Assembly (NCBI GenBank): GCA_017610385.1
Contig: JAFCCC010000001.1
Span: 94,960-158,959, forward strand
Direction: 5' to 3'
Length of the DNA: 64,000 nucleotides
Source of the DNA: Candidatus Nanohalarchaeota archaeon
GTDB lineage: Archaea > Nanohalarchaeota > Nanosalinia > Nanosalinales > JAFCCC01
Position numbers and translations under genes: made by a program. Shown in pieces: positions 10,133 through 20,354 of the stretch. The notes beneath the pieces were generated by a model that saw only the letters and a program-made list of their open reading frames with translations, made no database searches and was not told where the DNA came from. How positions within the stretch are numbered: the first letter of the stretch is position 1; each line of letters starts with the position of its first letter.

Positions 10133-11086
10133 ATGATTGTTAATCTCATCGGAAACAGTTTTGACGAGAATTCTGGACAAGGAATTTATCGTTATTCTGC
10201 ACAATTGTATAAAAATCTAAAGTTTATCGGATTAAATGTCCATAAAAATGCCTTGGGAGATATAAACCATGTTCAACAACCAGAACTCATCTGGAAGGTC
10301 CTATTTAAAAAAAAGGTTGTTACAACCTTTCACGATCTTATGCCTATATTTATTAAAGAAAGAAAATTGTTCTTTAGATTTTTTTTCTTTTTTTCCAGTT
10401 TGGTTGCAGCCATCAAATCAAAGAAAATCATAGCAGTATCTGAATCTACAAAAAAAGATATTCTAAAATATTTTCCGTTTACAAAAAATAAGATTTGTGT
10501 TATTTATGAGGGTGTGGATCATAAACGATTTTATCCTTTAAAAAGAAAGAATAACACAAATTTTACAGTAGGATATGTAGGGGGATTAGGCAAAAGAAAG
10601 AATGTTGAAAAGATATTAGAAGCTGCTCAGTTATTTAAAGAAGATAATAAAATAAAGTTTGTTATTGCGGGAAAGGGACCAGAATTAAATTCTTTAATTG
10701 AATTAAAAAAGAGATTAGGACTAAAAAATGTGCAATTTGCTGGTTTTATTCCTGAAAACAAGTTAAATGAATTTTATAATTCTTTAGACGTGTTTGTTTT
10801 TCCTTCTTTCTATGAAGGATTCGGACTTCCCGTTTTAGAGGCAATGGCTTGTGGGGTTCCAATCATAACTTCGAATGTAAGTTCCATGCCGGAATTGGTA
10901 GGCGCTTCAGGAAGGTTTATTAATACCAAAAATTCTAATGAGGTGGTAAATGAAATAATACAAATTTTTAAAGATGAGTCCTTAAAAGAGGATCTACATA
11001 AAAAGGGATTAAACCGAGCCAAAGAATTCACTTGGGAAAAATGTGCTAAAGAACATTTAAAAATATATGCAGAATTAATAAAATGA
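10133..11086 (+). CDS. Glycosyltransferase family 4
   Basis: RKN...VFPSFYEGFGLPVLEAMACGVP, FTWEKCA. Confidence 0.92.
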   Translation: MIVNLIGNSFDENSGQGIYRYSAQLYKNLKFIGLNVHKNALGDINHVQQPELIWKVLFKKKVVTTFHDLMPIFIKERKLFFRFFFFFSSLVAAIKSKKIIAVSESTKKDILKYFPFTKNKICVIYEGVDHKRFYPLKRKNNTNFTVGYVGGLGKRKNVEKILEAAQLFKEDNKIKFVIAGKGPELNSLIELKKRLGLKNVQFAGFIPENKLNEFYNSLDVFVFPSFYEGFGLPVLEAMACGVPIITSNVSSMPELVGASGRFINTKNSNEVVNEIIQIFKDESLKEDLHKKGLNRAKEFTWEKCAKEHLKIYAELIK

Positions 11087-11219
11087 TTATAAAAATAGAT
11101 TTTATCGAATTATATTAAAACACTTACAACGATTAAAAGAAAGTAAATCCATCCAAAATAAACTAATCATTCTTAGATGCATGATTCGTTTAGAAAAATA
11201 CTTGCGCTGGTGAGAAAAT

Positions 11220-11477
11220 ATGCAAAAAATAGTTTCTATATACATCTCCACATGGAATCGTGCAGAACATCTTAAAAATATTCTAAACAATGTAGCACAA
11301 GAAGCTAAGAACTTAGAAAAATATTTGCAGATTTATATTTCAGACAATGGTTCAACAGACAATACAGAAAAAGTAGTAAAATTATTTAAAAAAAGTAGTG
11401 TAAAAAGAGTAAGAGAATTCTTATGGGAAAAATGTGCTAAAGAAACTTTGGTAGTGTATAAGGGGATTTCGAAATGA
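11220..11477 (+). pseudogene. Chimeric remnant: GT2 N-terminus joined to GT4 C-terminus
   Basis: SIYISTWNRAEHL...ISDNGSTDNT (GT2 start) followed by REFLWEKCAKETLVVY (GT4 end); 21-bp identity 11424-11444 with 11033-11053. Confidence 0.7.
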
Positions 11478-12268
11478 ACTTTAATAAAATTATAAAAGAC
11501 TATTTTAGATTAATAAAAGAGGGGGAAACTTTTAAAGATAAAGGCATTATCCTTGTTTATTTCGTACAAATGCCCATAAGACAAATTATTAAGCGTTTTA
11601 GAAAGAATTATGCGATGCGATTAATTTCTAATGTAAGCTTAAAAAATAAAGATGGGAGATATTTTTGTGGGGACAATATTTTTGCGGCATGGTGTTGTAG
11701 CACCTTGGGGGAAGAAAATGTAAGTTCGAATATCGTCTTAAATTCTGGGGTATTTGTAGATGTTGGGGCAAATGTTGGAAAATATACTGTTAAACTTGGA
11801 AATCAATTAAAGAATAAGGGAACTGTAATAGCAGTAGAGCCAGAACCAGTAAATTTCAAAGCATTACAAAAAAATGTAAAATTAAATAACCTCGAAAATG
11901 TTTTTTTGGAGAATGTTGCTTGCTCCGATTCAAACGGATTTGCAGAATTTTATATTGATGTTATGGGAAATTATGGGGGCGCTCACTCCTTAATCAAAAA
12001 AACAAAGAATAAAATAAAAGTTAAAACTCGAAGATTAGATCATATCATAGATAAACTAAAAATGGAGAATATAGACTTAATTAAAATAGATGTTGAAGGC
12101 GCAGAGGCAAACGTACTGAAAGGTGCTTCGAACGTTTTGAAGAAATATCATCCAAAAATTATCTTTGAATCCTGGAATAAAAAACAACTAGAAACCGTGA
12201 AAAACGTATTAAAACCATTTAATTATAAAATTGAAAAAATTGATAAGGAGAATTATTTAGCGTGTTAA
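11474..12268 (+). CDS. FkbM-family SAM-dependent methyltransferase
   Basis: FVDVGANVG, AVEP, LIKIDVEGAE.NVLKG. Confidence 0.9.
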   Translation: MNFNKIIKDYFRLIKEGETFKDKGIILVYFVQMPIRQIIKRFRKNYAMRLISNVSLKNKDGRYFCGDNIFAAWCCSTLGEENVSSNIVLNSGVFVDVGANVGKYTVKLGNQLKNKGTVIAVEPEPVNFKALQKNVKLNNLENVFLENVACSDSNGFAEFYIDVMGNYGGAHSLIKKTKNKIKVKTRRLDHIIDKLKMENIDLIKIDVEGAEANVLKGASNVLKKYHPKIIFESWNKKQLETVKNVLKPFNYKIEKIDKENYLAC

Positions 12269-12355
12269 GATAAAAACATTAATTGTGGGATCTACTATTG
12301 TTGAATTTACGTAATAATTCTTTTGGAAAATATACGTTAATTTAAAAAAGCTTCT

Positions 12356-13434
12356 GTGAGTGCAGTTATAAAAATATTCAACCAAATAAAAACAATGAAA
12401 AATGAGGAAATAAAAACTGTCGCGATAATCAATGAAGACTGTGTGGGCACGAGCAAGGGACGATATGCTATACAGATGGCGAAATTGCTTAATAAAAAAA
12501 TCAAAGTTAAACTTTTTCTAAGAGATACTGCACCATATAACTCCGAATTTGTTGTGAAAGTAAAAACATTTAAAACAAAGATAAGAATACTTGCCGGCCT
12601 AGGTTATTATATTCCTTTATTTTTTAAATTAAGAAAAGACAAATCTATTGACATTATTCACGCTCAAGATGATAAAACTGGTGCTTTTGCAATCGTTTTA
12701 AAAAAACCGCTAATAAGTACCTTTTGCGATGCTATTCCGTTCAACTTTAACTTCCCATTTAATTTTCAGGGGGTTGCACATCTTTTTACATAAAGCTAAA
12801 TCAATTGTAGTCATTTCGAACAGCACAGGAAATTTGTTGATAAAAAAATATTCATCACTCTCAAAAAAGGTTGTACCGATTCATCTTGGAGTAGATATAA
12901 ATAAATTTCAGCCGAGTGTCAAGAAAAATCCGGACCACCCAAACCTAGGAATATTGGGCAATTTGGATCAACAATTAGCAGCCGTTTTTGAAAGGATTTT
13001 GAAGGAATACAGAAAAAATGCGGGACTCGATCTTGCAGGAAAAGGTCTTTCTAAAAAATTCAGTCAATTCAACTGCATCCAGGAAATTATTTTTAAGGGT
13101 TTTGTAAAAAGAGTCAGAGCTTCCGAAACATTATCAAAACATTGATATTTTTGTATACAAAACAAATGTAGAATGATTTGGACTAATTCCATTAGAAGCT
13201 ATGGCGTGTGGGTGTGCGGTGGTTGCAATTAATGTGGACTCCTTACCAGAAGTAATTAAAGATGGTGGGTTGCTTGTAGAAAACACAGAAGATGCGTTTT
13301 ACAGTGCCATCAAAAGATTAATAGAAAATAAAAACCTCAGAGAAGAATATCAAAAGAAAGGACGAGAACGTGCTAAAAAATTAACTTGGGAAAATGTGCG
13401 AAGAAACATTTGGAACCTTATAAGAAAGTTTTAA
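12356..13434 (+). pseudogene. Disrupted GT4 glycosyltransferase (three ORF fragments)
   Basis: Fragments 12356..12793, 12729..13145 and 13201..13434 form one GT4; frameshifts plus in-frame TGA at 13174-13176 in IDIFVYKTNVE*FGLIPLEAMACG. Confidence 0.85.
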
Positions 13435-13476
13435 ATGAGAGGGATACGACGTATCTTGCGTGATGGGCATAACTTT

Positions 13477-14952
13477 TTATTTTCTGACCGGGGTAAATTT
13501 CCTGATCATTTCTTTGTCTTTTTTATCAAATCCTTTTAGTAAATACATTACCGAAAAATAAAGTACTATAGCTAAAAAAATAATTACAACCATCTTCATG
13601 ATTTTGGGTAAAGAAGTTTGTAAAATTAAAATGGTTGAAAAAGCCATAATCGCAGAAGAAATAATTGGCTTAAAAATGTAACTTAAGTTTAGTTTTATTT
13701 TTTTTCTTATAAACTTAATAGAAAGTAGGAATAATAATATAAGAGAAGTAACTGTGGCTATTGCGGCTCCATTAATACCCCATAACGGAATTAAGAAATA
13801 ATTCAGAATTACATTTAAAATTGCTGCAATGAATGTATACTTCATTATCTTTCTAGGCTCATTTATTCCTGCAATAAAGCTCCTAGAAATCACAATCAAA
13901 GAAGTGAAAATTGTTCCTATACTTAAAATTCTAAATGCGGGAACTGCTGCCAAGTATTCTGAAGTAAATAAAATCTGAATAATTGGTTTAGCTAATAAAA
14001 AAGATCCTGTGGCCGCTGGAAGAATGAAATAAATAGAATATTTTAATGATCGATTAAAAATCTCACCCAAACTTTTTTTATCTTTTTTTGCATTTAATTG
14101 AGAAATCATGGGAAATAATGCTACTGCTAATGCAGCCATTACCATACTTAGCAGACCTACGACAGGTAGAGCAACATTATAATAACCAACATCTTTCGCT
14201 GTTAAAAAATAACCTATAAAAAACGAATCAGTCCATCCTAAAAACGTTGCTGCAATCCCTGCCATAAAAAGTGGAACTCCAAAACTAAGTAGTTTTTTTG
14301 CTAAGTTAAACTCTGCTTTTTTGAAAATTATGGGTGTTGTGTGTTTGTAAGCTACAACAAGAAAAACGAACATCACAAAAAAACTCAAAGAATAAGCCCA
14401 AGTTGCTCCGAGAATCTTGAAACCTAAACTGAAAAATAAAATTGTAAGTAAAAACTTTGAACCTTTTTCAATTACACCAGAGAAAGAAAGAATTCCCATC
14501 TTTTGAAATCCTGTGAGTACTCCACTAAAAAGACCGCTAAATAAACTAAAAAATACTGCTAATGATCCGATTTTGAAAGGAATTACTGCTAAGGGATTAT
14601 GAAAAACATTTATTGCAAAAAAGCCTGAAAGAAAAAATAATAAAACTGAACCTAAAGTCGCTGTGAAAACGGTAATTGGTGCGGCAGTGGAAAAAATCGT
14701 ATGAATCTCTTTCTTTTGAGAAATGTATTCAGAAGTATATTTGGTTATTGCACTTGGAAGTCCTAAAGAAAAAAAGGTTGTAAAAAATCCGACCATCATT
14801 AAAACCAAAGAGAATACTCCATATTCTTCTGGTCCAAGACCTCTGGCTAAAATTATCTTATAAAAAAAAGAAATAAAATATCCTGCAAGTGAACCCATAA
14901 AAAGTAAGCTGGTCCCTTTGGCTATTTTTACAGTTAGGTTCTCTGGGTTCAT
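13477..14952 (-). CDS. Wzx/AglR-like oligosaccharide flippase (MOP superfamily)
   Basis: Many TM helices; LARGLGPEEYG, GWTDSFFIGYF...VGYYNVA, NVILNYFLIPLWGINGAAIAT. Confidence 0.9.
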   Translation of the reverse strand: MNPENLTVKIAKGTSLLFMGSLAGYFISFFYKIILARGLGPEEYGVFSLVLMMVGFFTTFFSLGLPSAITKYTSEYISQKKEIHTIFSTAAPITVFTATLGSVLLFFLSGFFAINVFHNPLAVIPFKIGSLAVFFSLFSGLFSGVLTGFQKMGILSFSGVIEKGSKFLLTILFFSLGFKILGATWAYSLSFFVMFVFLVVAYKHTTPIIFKKAEFNLAKKLLSFGVPLFMAGIAATFLGWTDSFFIGYFLTAKDVGYYNVALPVVGLLSMVMAALAVALFPMISQLNAKKDKKSLGEIFNRSLKYSIYFILPAATGSFLLAKPIIQILFTSEYLAAVPAFRILSIGTIFTSLIVISRSFIAGINEPRKIMKYTFIAAILNVILNYFLIPLWGINGAAIATVTSLILLFLLSIKFIRKKIKLNLSYIFKPIISSAIMAFSTILILQTSLPKIMKMVVIIFLAIVLYFSVMYLLKGFDKKDKEMIRKFTPVRK

Positions 14953-15177
14953 ATAGTATTTTTATTCAAATAGATATATTATATTTTTCGCTTTGCCTAA
15001 CTATGTAAAAATAACGTCGAAATTAAGAGGCAAGACTAACGTGTAATTATAAAAGTGGTGTTTAAAATGGGGGTTTGGTCTATATTTCTATAAATTGATT
15101 GCAATAAGTAACTTTATAAAAAGAAAATAAAAAATAAATTCAGAGAATTTGTTAGGAATATCTTTGCAAGGATAAAA

Positions 15178-15930
15178 ATGAGTATCAAACTGACCAATCA
15201 AAAAACGATTTTACCAAATGTTTTTGTAGTTGGCGCTACACGTTGTGGAACCACTTCTTTATATCAGTACCTGGGAGAACATCCAGAAATTTATAAGCCA
15301 CCTTATAAATGTGCGGAATTATTCCTTACAGAAAAAATAGATTACAAAAAAGCTCGATTACTCTATAATAAAAGTACAGACGCCCTACGCCTAGATTGTA
15401 GCCATTATTTTCATCTTGAATCTGCTGCTGAAAGAATAAAATCCGCGGTTCCTGATGCGAAAATAATCATTGGACTTAGGCCCGCTAAAGAATTGTTTCT
15501 TTCAAGTTATATTTATCGCCAAAATAAGGGAGAAATTCCTAAAAAGCTTACCTTTGAGGAGTACACACATACGTATATGGATAAAGGAAAGTGGTATGTA
15601 GTAGAACATTTAAAATATGACCGCAACATAAATTTTTGGATTTCTCGATTCGGGAAAAAAAATGTGTTAATATTTCAATTTGAAGAACTTGCTACTGACG
15701 CACCTCAACTATGTAAAAGAATCTTTAAATTTTTGGGGGTTGATAATACTTTTAGGCCACACATCTACCAATATAACAAACGTGATAGCAACATTCCCCG
15801 TACACGTTGGTTAAATAATTTCGTTAAAAGACTACCTCTAAGCTGGCGGCTAAGAGTTAAAGAGATGTTTCCAATCTTAGAAAAAATATATTCGGAAGTA
15901 ATTTATTCTAAAATGGAAAAAGCGGAATAG
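15178..15930 (+). CDS. PAPS-dependent sulfotransferase
   Basis: PNVFVVGATRCGTTSLYQYL.EHPEI (5'-PSB loop), KIIIGLRP...S (3'-PB), IFKFLGV. Confidence 0.85.
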   Translation: MSIKLTNQKTILPNVFVVGATRCGTTSLYQYLGEHPEIYKPPYKCAELFLTEKIDYKKARLLYNKSTDALRLDCSHYFHLESAAERIKSAVPDAKIIIGLRPAKELFLSSYIYRQNKGEIPKKLTFEEYTHTYMDKGKWYVVEHLKYDRNINFWISRFGKKNVLIFQFEELATDAPQLCKRIFKFLGVDNTFRPHIYQYNKRDSNIPRTRWLNNFVKRLPLSWRLRVKEMFPILEKIYSEVIYSKMEKAE

Positions 15931-15935
15931 ATTTT

Positions 15936-16460
15936 CTAGTAATTGCATTCCTTTAAAAATGAAATAATTTCAGTTACAGATTTGTTTGGTGCTTCTTCAT
16001 AAGTATTTACAATTATTTCTGGATTTGTGGGCGGTTCGTAAGGAACATTTTCTGAAACACCTATAAAGTTTTCAATTTCGCCCCCAAGGGCCCTTTTGTA
16101 AAGCCCCTTAATGTCTCTTTTAATGCAATATTTCAAAGAGCAGTTTACATAAACTTCTATAAATTCATCGCCCAACCTTTGCCTTGCAAATCTTCTAGAC
16201 ACTGCAAATGGAGAAATTATTGGAACTAATATGAAATCATAATTTTCTTTTTCTTTGGCACAAATTTCGGCAATGAGTCTGTTATTTTCTTTAATATCTT
16301 CTGGAGTAAATCCTAAATGTGTATGAAATTTCGATCTAACTACATCTCCGTCTAGTACAAGTGTTTTTTTGTGTTTTAGAAATGGGTGTTTTATCAAGGC
16401 ATTAGAAATTGTTGTTTTCCCTGATCCAGAAAGTCCGGTGAACCAAATTATTTTTCCCAT
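15936..16460 (-). CDS. cysC: Adenylyl-sulfate (APS) kinase
   Basis: IWFTGLSGSGKTT, LDGD.VR, ISPF, RDIKGLYKRA, PYEPP. Confidence 0.95.
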   Translation of the reverse strand: MGKIIWFTGLSGSGKTTISNALIKHPFLKHKKTLVLDGDVVRSKFHTHLGFTPEDIKENNRLIAEICAKEKENYDFILVPIISPFAVSRRFARQRLGDEFIEVYVNCSLKYCIKRDIKGLYKRALGGEIENFIGVSENVPYEPPTNPEIIVNTYEEAPNKSVTEIISFLKECNY

Positions 16461-18673
16461 TACAAATCACTTACAAAAACTTTTTCCCCTGTGTTAATCT
16501 TGTTTATAATCAATTGAGAGATTTCTGGTCTCATAAACCATTCAGGGGGTTTTTTTCCTTGCATCAATAGTTTTCTAGCATGAGTTCCTGAAATGTGTTT
16601 TTTTTGAGTCTCAGGGTGATCTAAATAATCATCTTCATGTATGTGTTTGTTTTCCAATGTTGAATAAAATACCTTGTTATATTTTATAGGAATAATTCCT
16701 ATTTCCTCTTTTCCAAATTGGTCAAATATTTTGTGAGATGCCTGCGGATCATAGTAATTTTTAACTCCTGTGTGATCTCTGCCTACAATAAAGTGACTGC
16801 ATCCAAAATTTTTTCGAACTAATGCAGTAAAGACCGCTTCTCTCGGTCCTGCGTATCGAGAATATGAAGAAAATGTTGAAAAAATTACCTTACCTTTCGG
16901 ATAAATTTCGTTTATCATTTTTTCATAAGTTGTAATTATGGCACTTGCCTCAAAATCACCCTTTTTCTTTTTTCCTATAATGGGGTGAACAAATAGACCA
17001 TCACACAAAAATTTCTTCATGGCATCCATTTGAATAAACTCATGAGATCTATGAATAACATTTCTAGTATGAAACGCAACAATTTTACTCCATCCTCTCT
17101 CAGAAAAAATTCTTCTAATTTGTCTGGGTGTTAAATTATATAACTGAAAACCATTGTTTCTTCTTTTAATTAGATCTATTTTTCCTGCTAAAAAATACTG
17201 CCCCGAATCAAAAAAAGTTTTAACTCCAGGGTGATTCAAATCAGTTGTTCCAAACCATTTTTTTGCTGTGTCTTGCATATTTACTTGATAAATTTGTTCT
17301 AAATGTAATAGTGCGTGCGGTTGAGAATCCTTGTTATAAACAAGTAAAACATCTTGACCGTCCTGTAAGCCCTCGATGGTTTTAGTCTGTAATATTATTG
17401 GCATAGGCCACACAACACCGTTTTTAAGTCTCATTGTGTGCAAAACAGACATTAGATTTTCTTTATTCATAAAACCTTCTAAAGGGCTAAATGCTCCACA
17501 GGCAATTTGTTCAACATCCATAAGATTTGTTTCATCAATGCTAATTTTTGGCATTGTGAGCATTTGTTGTGAATCAAATCCTTTTTTTATATATCTCTCA
17601 ATTAGTTTGCCTCCGTGGGGTGGCACCAACAAATTGTCTGTAGTATCTGTTATATTGAATTCCGATAAATCTTTGTTTTTATCAAATTCACGTATTAGTG
17701 CAGAAAGCATATTCAAAGTTTCTATGGGATAGTTCCCGATTGCAGTCTCTTTTGTTAGAACAAATCCTGTTGCACCGTCAAATAAAGTATTTATGACATC
17801 GTTAACTTCTGATTTTGAGGGTTTACGACATACAGACATATTTTCAAGGGTATTCGTAGCAACATAAACTTCTTTATTCAATTCATTTGCTTTTTTTAAA
17901 ATGCTTTTTTGAACAAAGGGTAGTTTCTGCAAAGGTACTTCTCTGCTTAAATCTCCTCGATCTATTAAAATTCCTTCAGAAAACTCTAAAAGCTCTTCTA
18001 AATTCTCGAGAGCTTCTCTGGTTTCAATTTTGGTTAAAAATGTTGCATCACAATATAATTTCTGAAATTCCAGAAGATCTTTTTTATTATGAATGAAAGA
18101 AAGACTAAATTGTTTTACTCCGAGTTTTTTTGCGAGTTCTATTGCAAATCTGTCTTTTTCACTAAAGGTTGGAGCATCTAACTTTGGTTCTAAATGAGCT
18201 CCTTTTTGTCCACCAATCTTACCGCCCAATAAAACAGTACCTTCTACAAAACCTTCATGAATTGTTGAGGTGTTACTTATTTTAATTAATGCGGAATTAA
18301 AATCAAGGGAAATCAGTGTCCCTTCTTCAAGTTGTTCAACAACAGTTAAAGGTCTCAGAAAAAATGTTTTGTTGTCTGTCTCTACTTCTCGATTGTATAT
18401 TCGAATTTTATCTCCTTCTTCGAAAGTGATTTCATGGACATTTCCTGTCCGTATTTGGCGCCCTTCTGTATCTAACATAATTGGTACACCATATGTTTTT
18501 AATTCTATAATTTTCTTTTCAATGTCTTCTTTAGAGGTATGAGACAAATTTATGCGAAAATAATCTACAGATCTATCTTTTAATTTCTTGAGAACTTCGG
18601 GGTTAAATGATGCTTCTCCAATTGTAGCAATTATTTTTATGTTCTTAATCATAATTATCTCATGTGCATTCAT
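16460..18673 (-). CDS. sat: Pyruvate kinase-like domain fused to ATP sulfurylase (Sat)
   Basis: N-half: IIATIG, RINLSH, LDTEG.QIRTG, KIET..A, IDRGDL, VATN.LENM, DGA..VL.KETAIGNYP; C-half: PPHGGKL, GAFSPLEGFM, FHTRNVIHRSHE, RYAGPREA, HFIVGRDHTGV, ISGT. Confidence 0.9.
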   Translation of the reverse strand: MNAHEIIMIKNIKIIATIGEASFNPEVLKKLKDRSVDYFRINLSHTSKEDIEKKIIELKTYGVPIMLDTEGRQIRTGNVHEITFEEGDKIRIYNREVETDNKTFFLRPLTVVEQLEEGTLISLDFNSALIKISNTSTIHEGFVEGTVLLGGKIGGQKGAHLEPKLDAPTFSEKDRFAIELAKKLGVKQFSLSFIHNKKDLLEFQKLYCDATFLTKIETREALENLEELLEFSEGILIDRGDLSREVPLQKLPFVQKSILKKANELNKEVYVATNTLENMSVCRKPSKSEVNDVINTLFDGATGFVLTKETAIGNYPIETLNMLSALIREFDKNKDLSEFNITDTTDNLLVPPHGGKLIERYIKKGFDSQQMLTMPKISIDETNLMDVEQIACGAFSPLEGFMNKENLMSVLHTMRLKNGVVWPMPIILQTKTIEGLQDGQDVLLVYNKDSQPHALLHLEQIYQVNMQDTAKKWFGTTDLNHPGVKTFFDSGQYFLAGKIDLIKRRNNGFQLYNLTPRQIRRIFSERGWSKIVAFHTRNVIHRSHEFIQMDAMKKFLCDGLFVHPIIGKKKKGDFEASAIITTYEKMINEIYPKGKVIFSTFSSYSRYAGPREAVFTALVRKNFGCSHFIVGRDHTGVKNYYDPQASHKIFDQFGKEEIGIIPIKYNKVFYSTLENKHIHEDDYLDHPETQKKHISGTHARKLLMQGKKPPEWFMRPEISQLIINKINTGEKVFVSDL

Positions 18674-18815
18674 TTTTAAATAATTATAAAATGGTGGTGT
18701 CTTTTTTGGTTCTTAAACTGTCTATTGCAGTAGAGGCTGGCTTATAAAAATGAAAACGCCAGTAGATTCTTCGCACATTAATAAATTATTTAAACATTCA
18801 TTCTAATTTCAAACT

Positions 18816-19178
18816 ATGACAAAAACAGAGAAACCTTGGGGGTATGAAGAAATAATATTTAACACAGAAATTGATTCTGGGAAAGGTTATATTCCTATTG
18901 CATTAAAAAAGTTTGCTGTAGACAGCGAACAAATGACTTCTTACCACATACATAAAAAAATCAATGAAATTTTGTATGTAAACAAAGGGATGATTGAAGT
19001 TAGGTTGGAAAATGATGTCATTTCTTTAAATGAAGGCCAGTCTTATTTTATTGAGACAAAAATACCTCATCAAATTCAAAATATTACATCAAAAGTTGTT
19101 GAAGTTATTGAGGTTTCTTTTCCATTTGATTTAAAGGATGAGGAAAGAATTGAGGATCCTTATTCTGAACAGAGATGA
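18816..19178 (+). CDS. Cupin-domain protein (type II mannose-6-phosphate isomerase C-terminal-like)
   Basis: EKPWG, SYHIHKKINE, PHQIQN, RIEDPY. Confidence 0.75.
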   Translation: MTKTEKPWGYEEIIFNTEIDSGKGYIPIALKKFAVDSEQMTSYHIHKKINEILYVNKGMIEVRLENDVISLNEGQSYFIETKIPHQIQNITSKVVEVIEVSFPFDLKDEERIEDPYSEQR

Positions 19179-19270
19179 TGCGTTAAATTAAACCGCAAAA
19201 GCTTATTAGGGGTTAAGTTAGCTTGTCAGAAACAAACCATTATATGTCTAGCCTAATTATAGTATGAGTT

Positions 19271-20299
19271 ATGATTATCCAAAAATATCATTATTTTGGA
19301 GAATTTGGGGGATTAATTTTTGTGGTTTTGGGCGGATTAGAAAATTTTTTTAATCTTTATCCCTCTGTAAAATTAGAAATTTGCACGTATAGAAACTATG
19401 GAATATTATTAGAACATCTGTTTCCAAAAAATGTAAGAGCCACCACAATAAAGTGGAATTTTAAAGATAATTTGAGAATAGGTTATGAATATGCAGATAG
19501 AGATTTTATAAATAATTTACATAAGAAAGGATATTTAAAAAATGTTATTGTTCTTTTTAAACAATTTTCTAATGATAAAATGGCTGTAAAATGTTTTAAT
19601 AATCTATGTTTTAACGTATTTGATAAAGATGATGCGATATATTTCAGATTAAAAAAACCTATTACCTATGGGAAAAAGTCTTCTCGTCCAAAATACATAA
19701 GCATTTTCCCAAGATTTCGGAAATTGGATAGTAAAAGAAATATTAGTAAAAAAGATTGGGAATACATACTTAAAATTCTAAAATCTTATTATAAAAATTA
19801 TAAAATTGTCGTTCATGGCTCAAATAACGAATTTTTAAAATTGAATATTGATGATGCAATTTATCCTAAAAATATTTTAGAACAAATTTATTATTTGAAT
19901 AATTCCCGCGTATGTGTTAGCCCTAATTCTGGGTTTGCACATTTTGCAGTATATTGCAAATGTCCTCTACTTGTTATCGGTATGGGCTATTGGGAATACG
20001 AAGACATAAATCCTTTTAAAGTTCCTATAAAAATAACAGACGTAAAACACGTACGAAACTCTAATGTTTTGAGAAATTTCCTTGATAAAGTTGAAAATAC
20101 AAAAGATAATTCAGAAATCAGAAAATCTTTTTATGATTTTTTATGGATTCATTATAGACAATCAAAGCGTATTGTAGGTACTTTTCTAAAGTATTATATC
20201 CCAAAAGCTTATTATTTGCTTCGGGGTCCAGATAGTTTTGATTCATATTCTGCAAAGTTAAAGAAGCAGATTTTTGACGGAATTCAAGGACGAGAGTAA
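19271..20299 (+). CDS. GT9-like (GT-B) glycosyltransferase, paralog of 23004..23927
   Basis: YFGEFG, ISIFPRFR..D..RN...W, LEQIYY, SPNSGFAHFA resembling GT9 DSGxxHxA. Confidence 0.55.
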   Translation: MIIQKYHYFGEFGGLIFVVLGGLENFFNLYPSVKLEICTYRNYGILLEHLFPKNVRATTIKWNFKDNLRIGYEYADRDFINNLHKKGYLKNVIVLFKQFSNDKMAVKCFNNLCFNVFDKDDAIYFRLKKPITYGKKSSRPKYISIFPRFRKLDSKRNISKKDWEYILKILKSYYKNYKIVVHGSNNEFLKLNIDDAIYPKNILEQIYYLNNSRVCVSPNSGFAHFAVYCKCPLLVIGMGYWEYEDINPFKVPIKITDVKHVRNSNVLRNFLDKVENTKDNSEIRKSFYDFLWIHYRQSKRIVGTFLKYYIPKAYYLLRGPDSFDSYSAKLKKQIFDGIQGRE

Positions 20300-20354
20300 T
20301 TGAAACCAGCAATACATAAAACTAAAAAATAAAAGTTTAAAAAAAGTTAATAAT

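Noticed and set aside
13174-13176. TGA recoding (as Gly here, or Trp at 41419)
   Set aside because: The two cases imply different amino acids, each is one substitution from the expected codon, the GT4 also has frameshifts, and TGA ends intact genes such as dnaG
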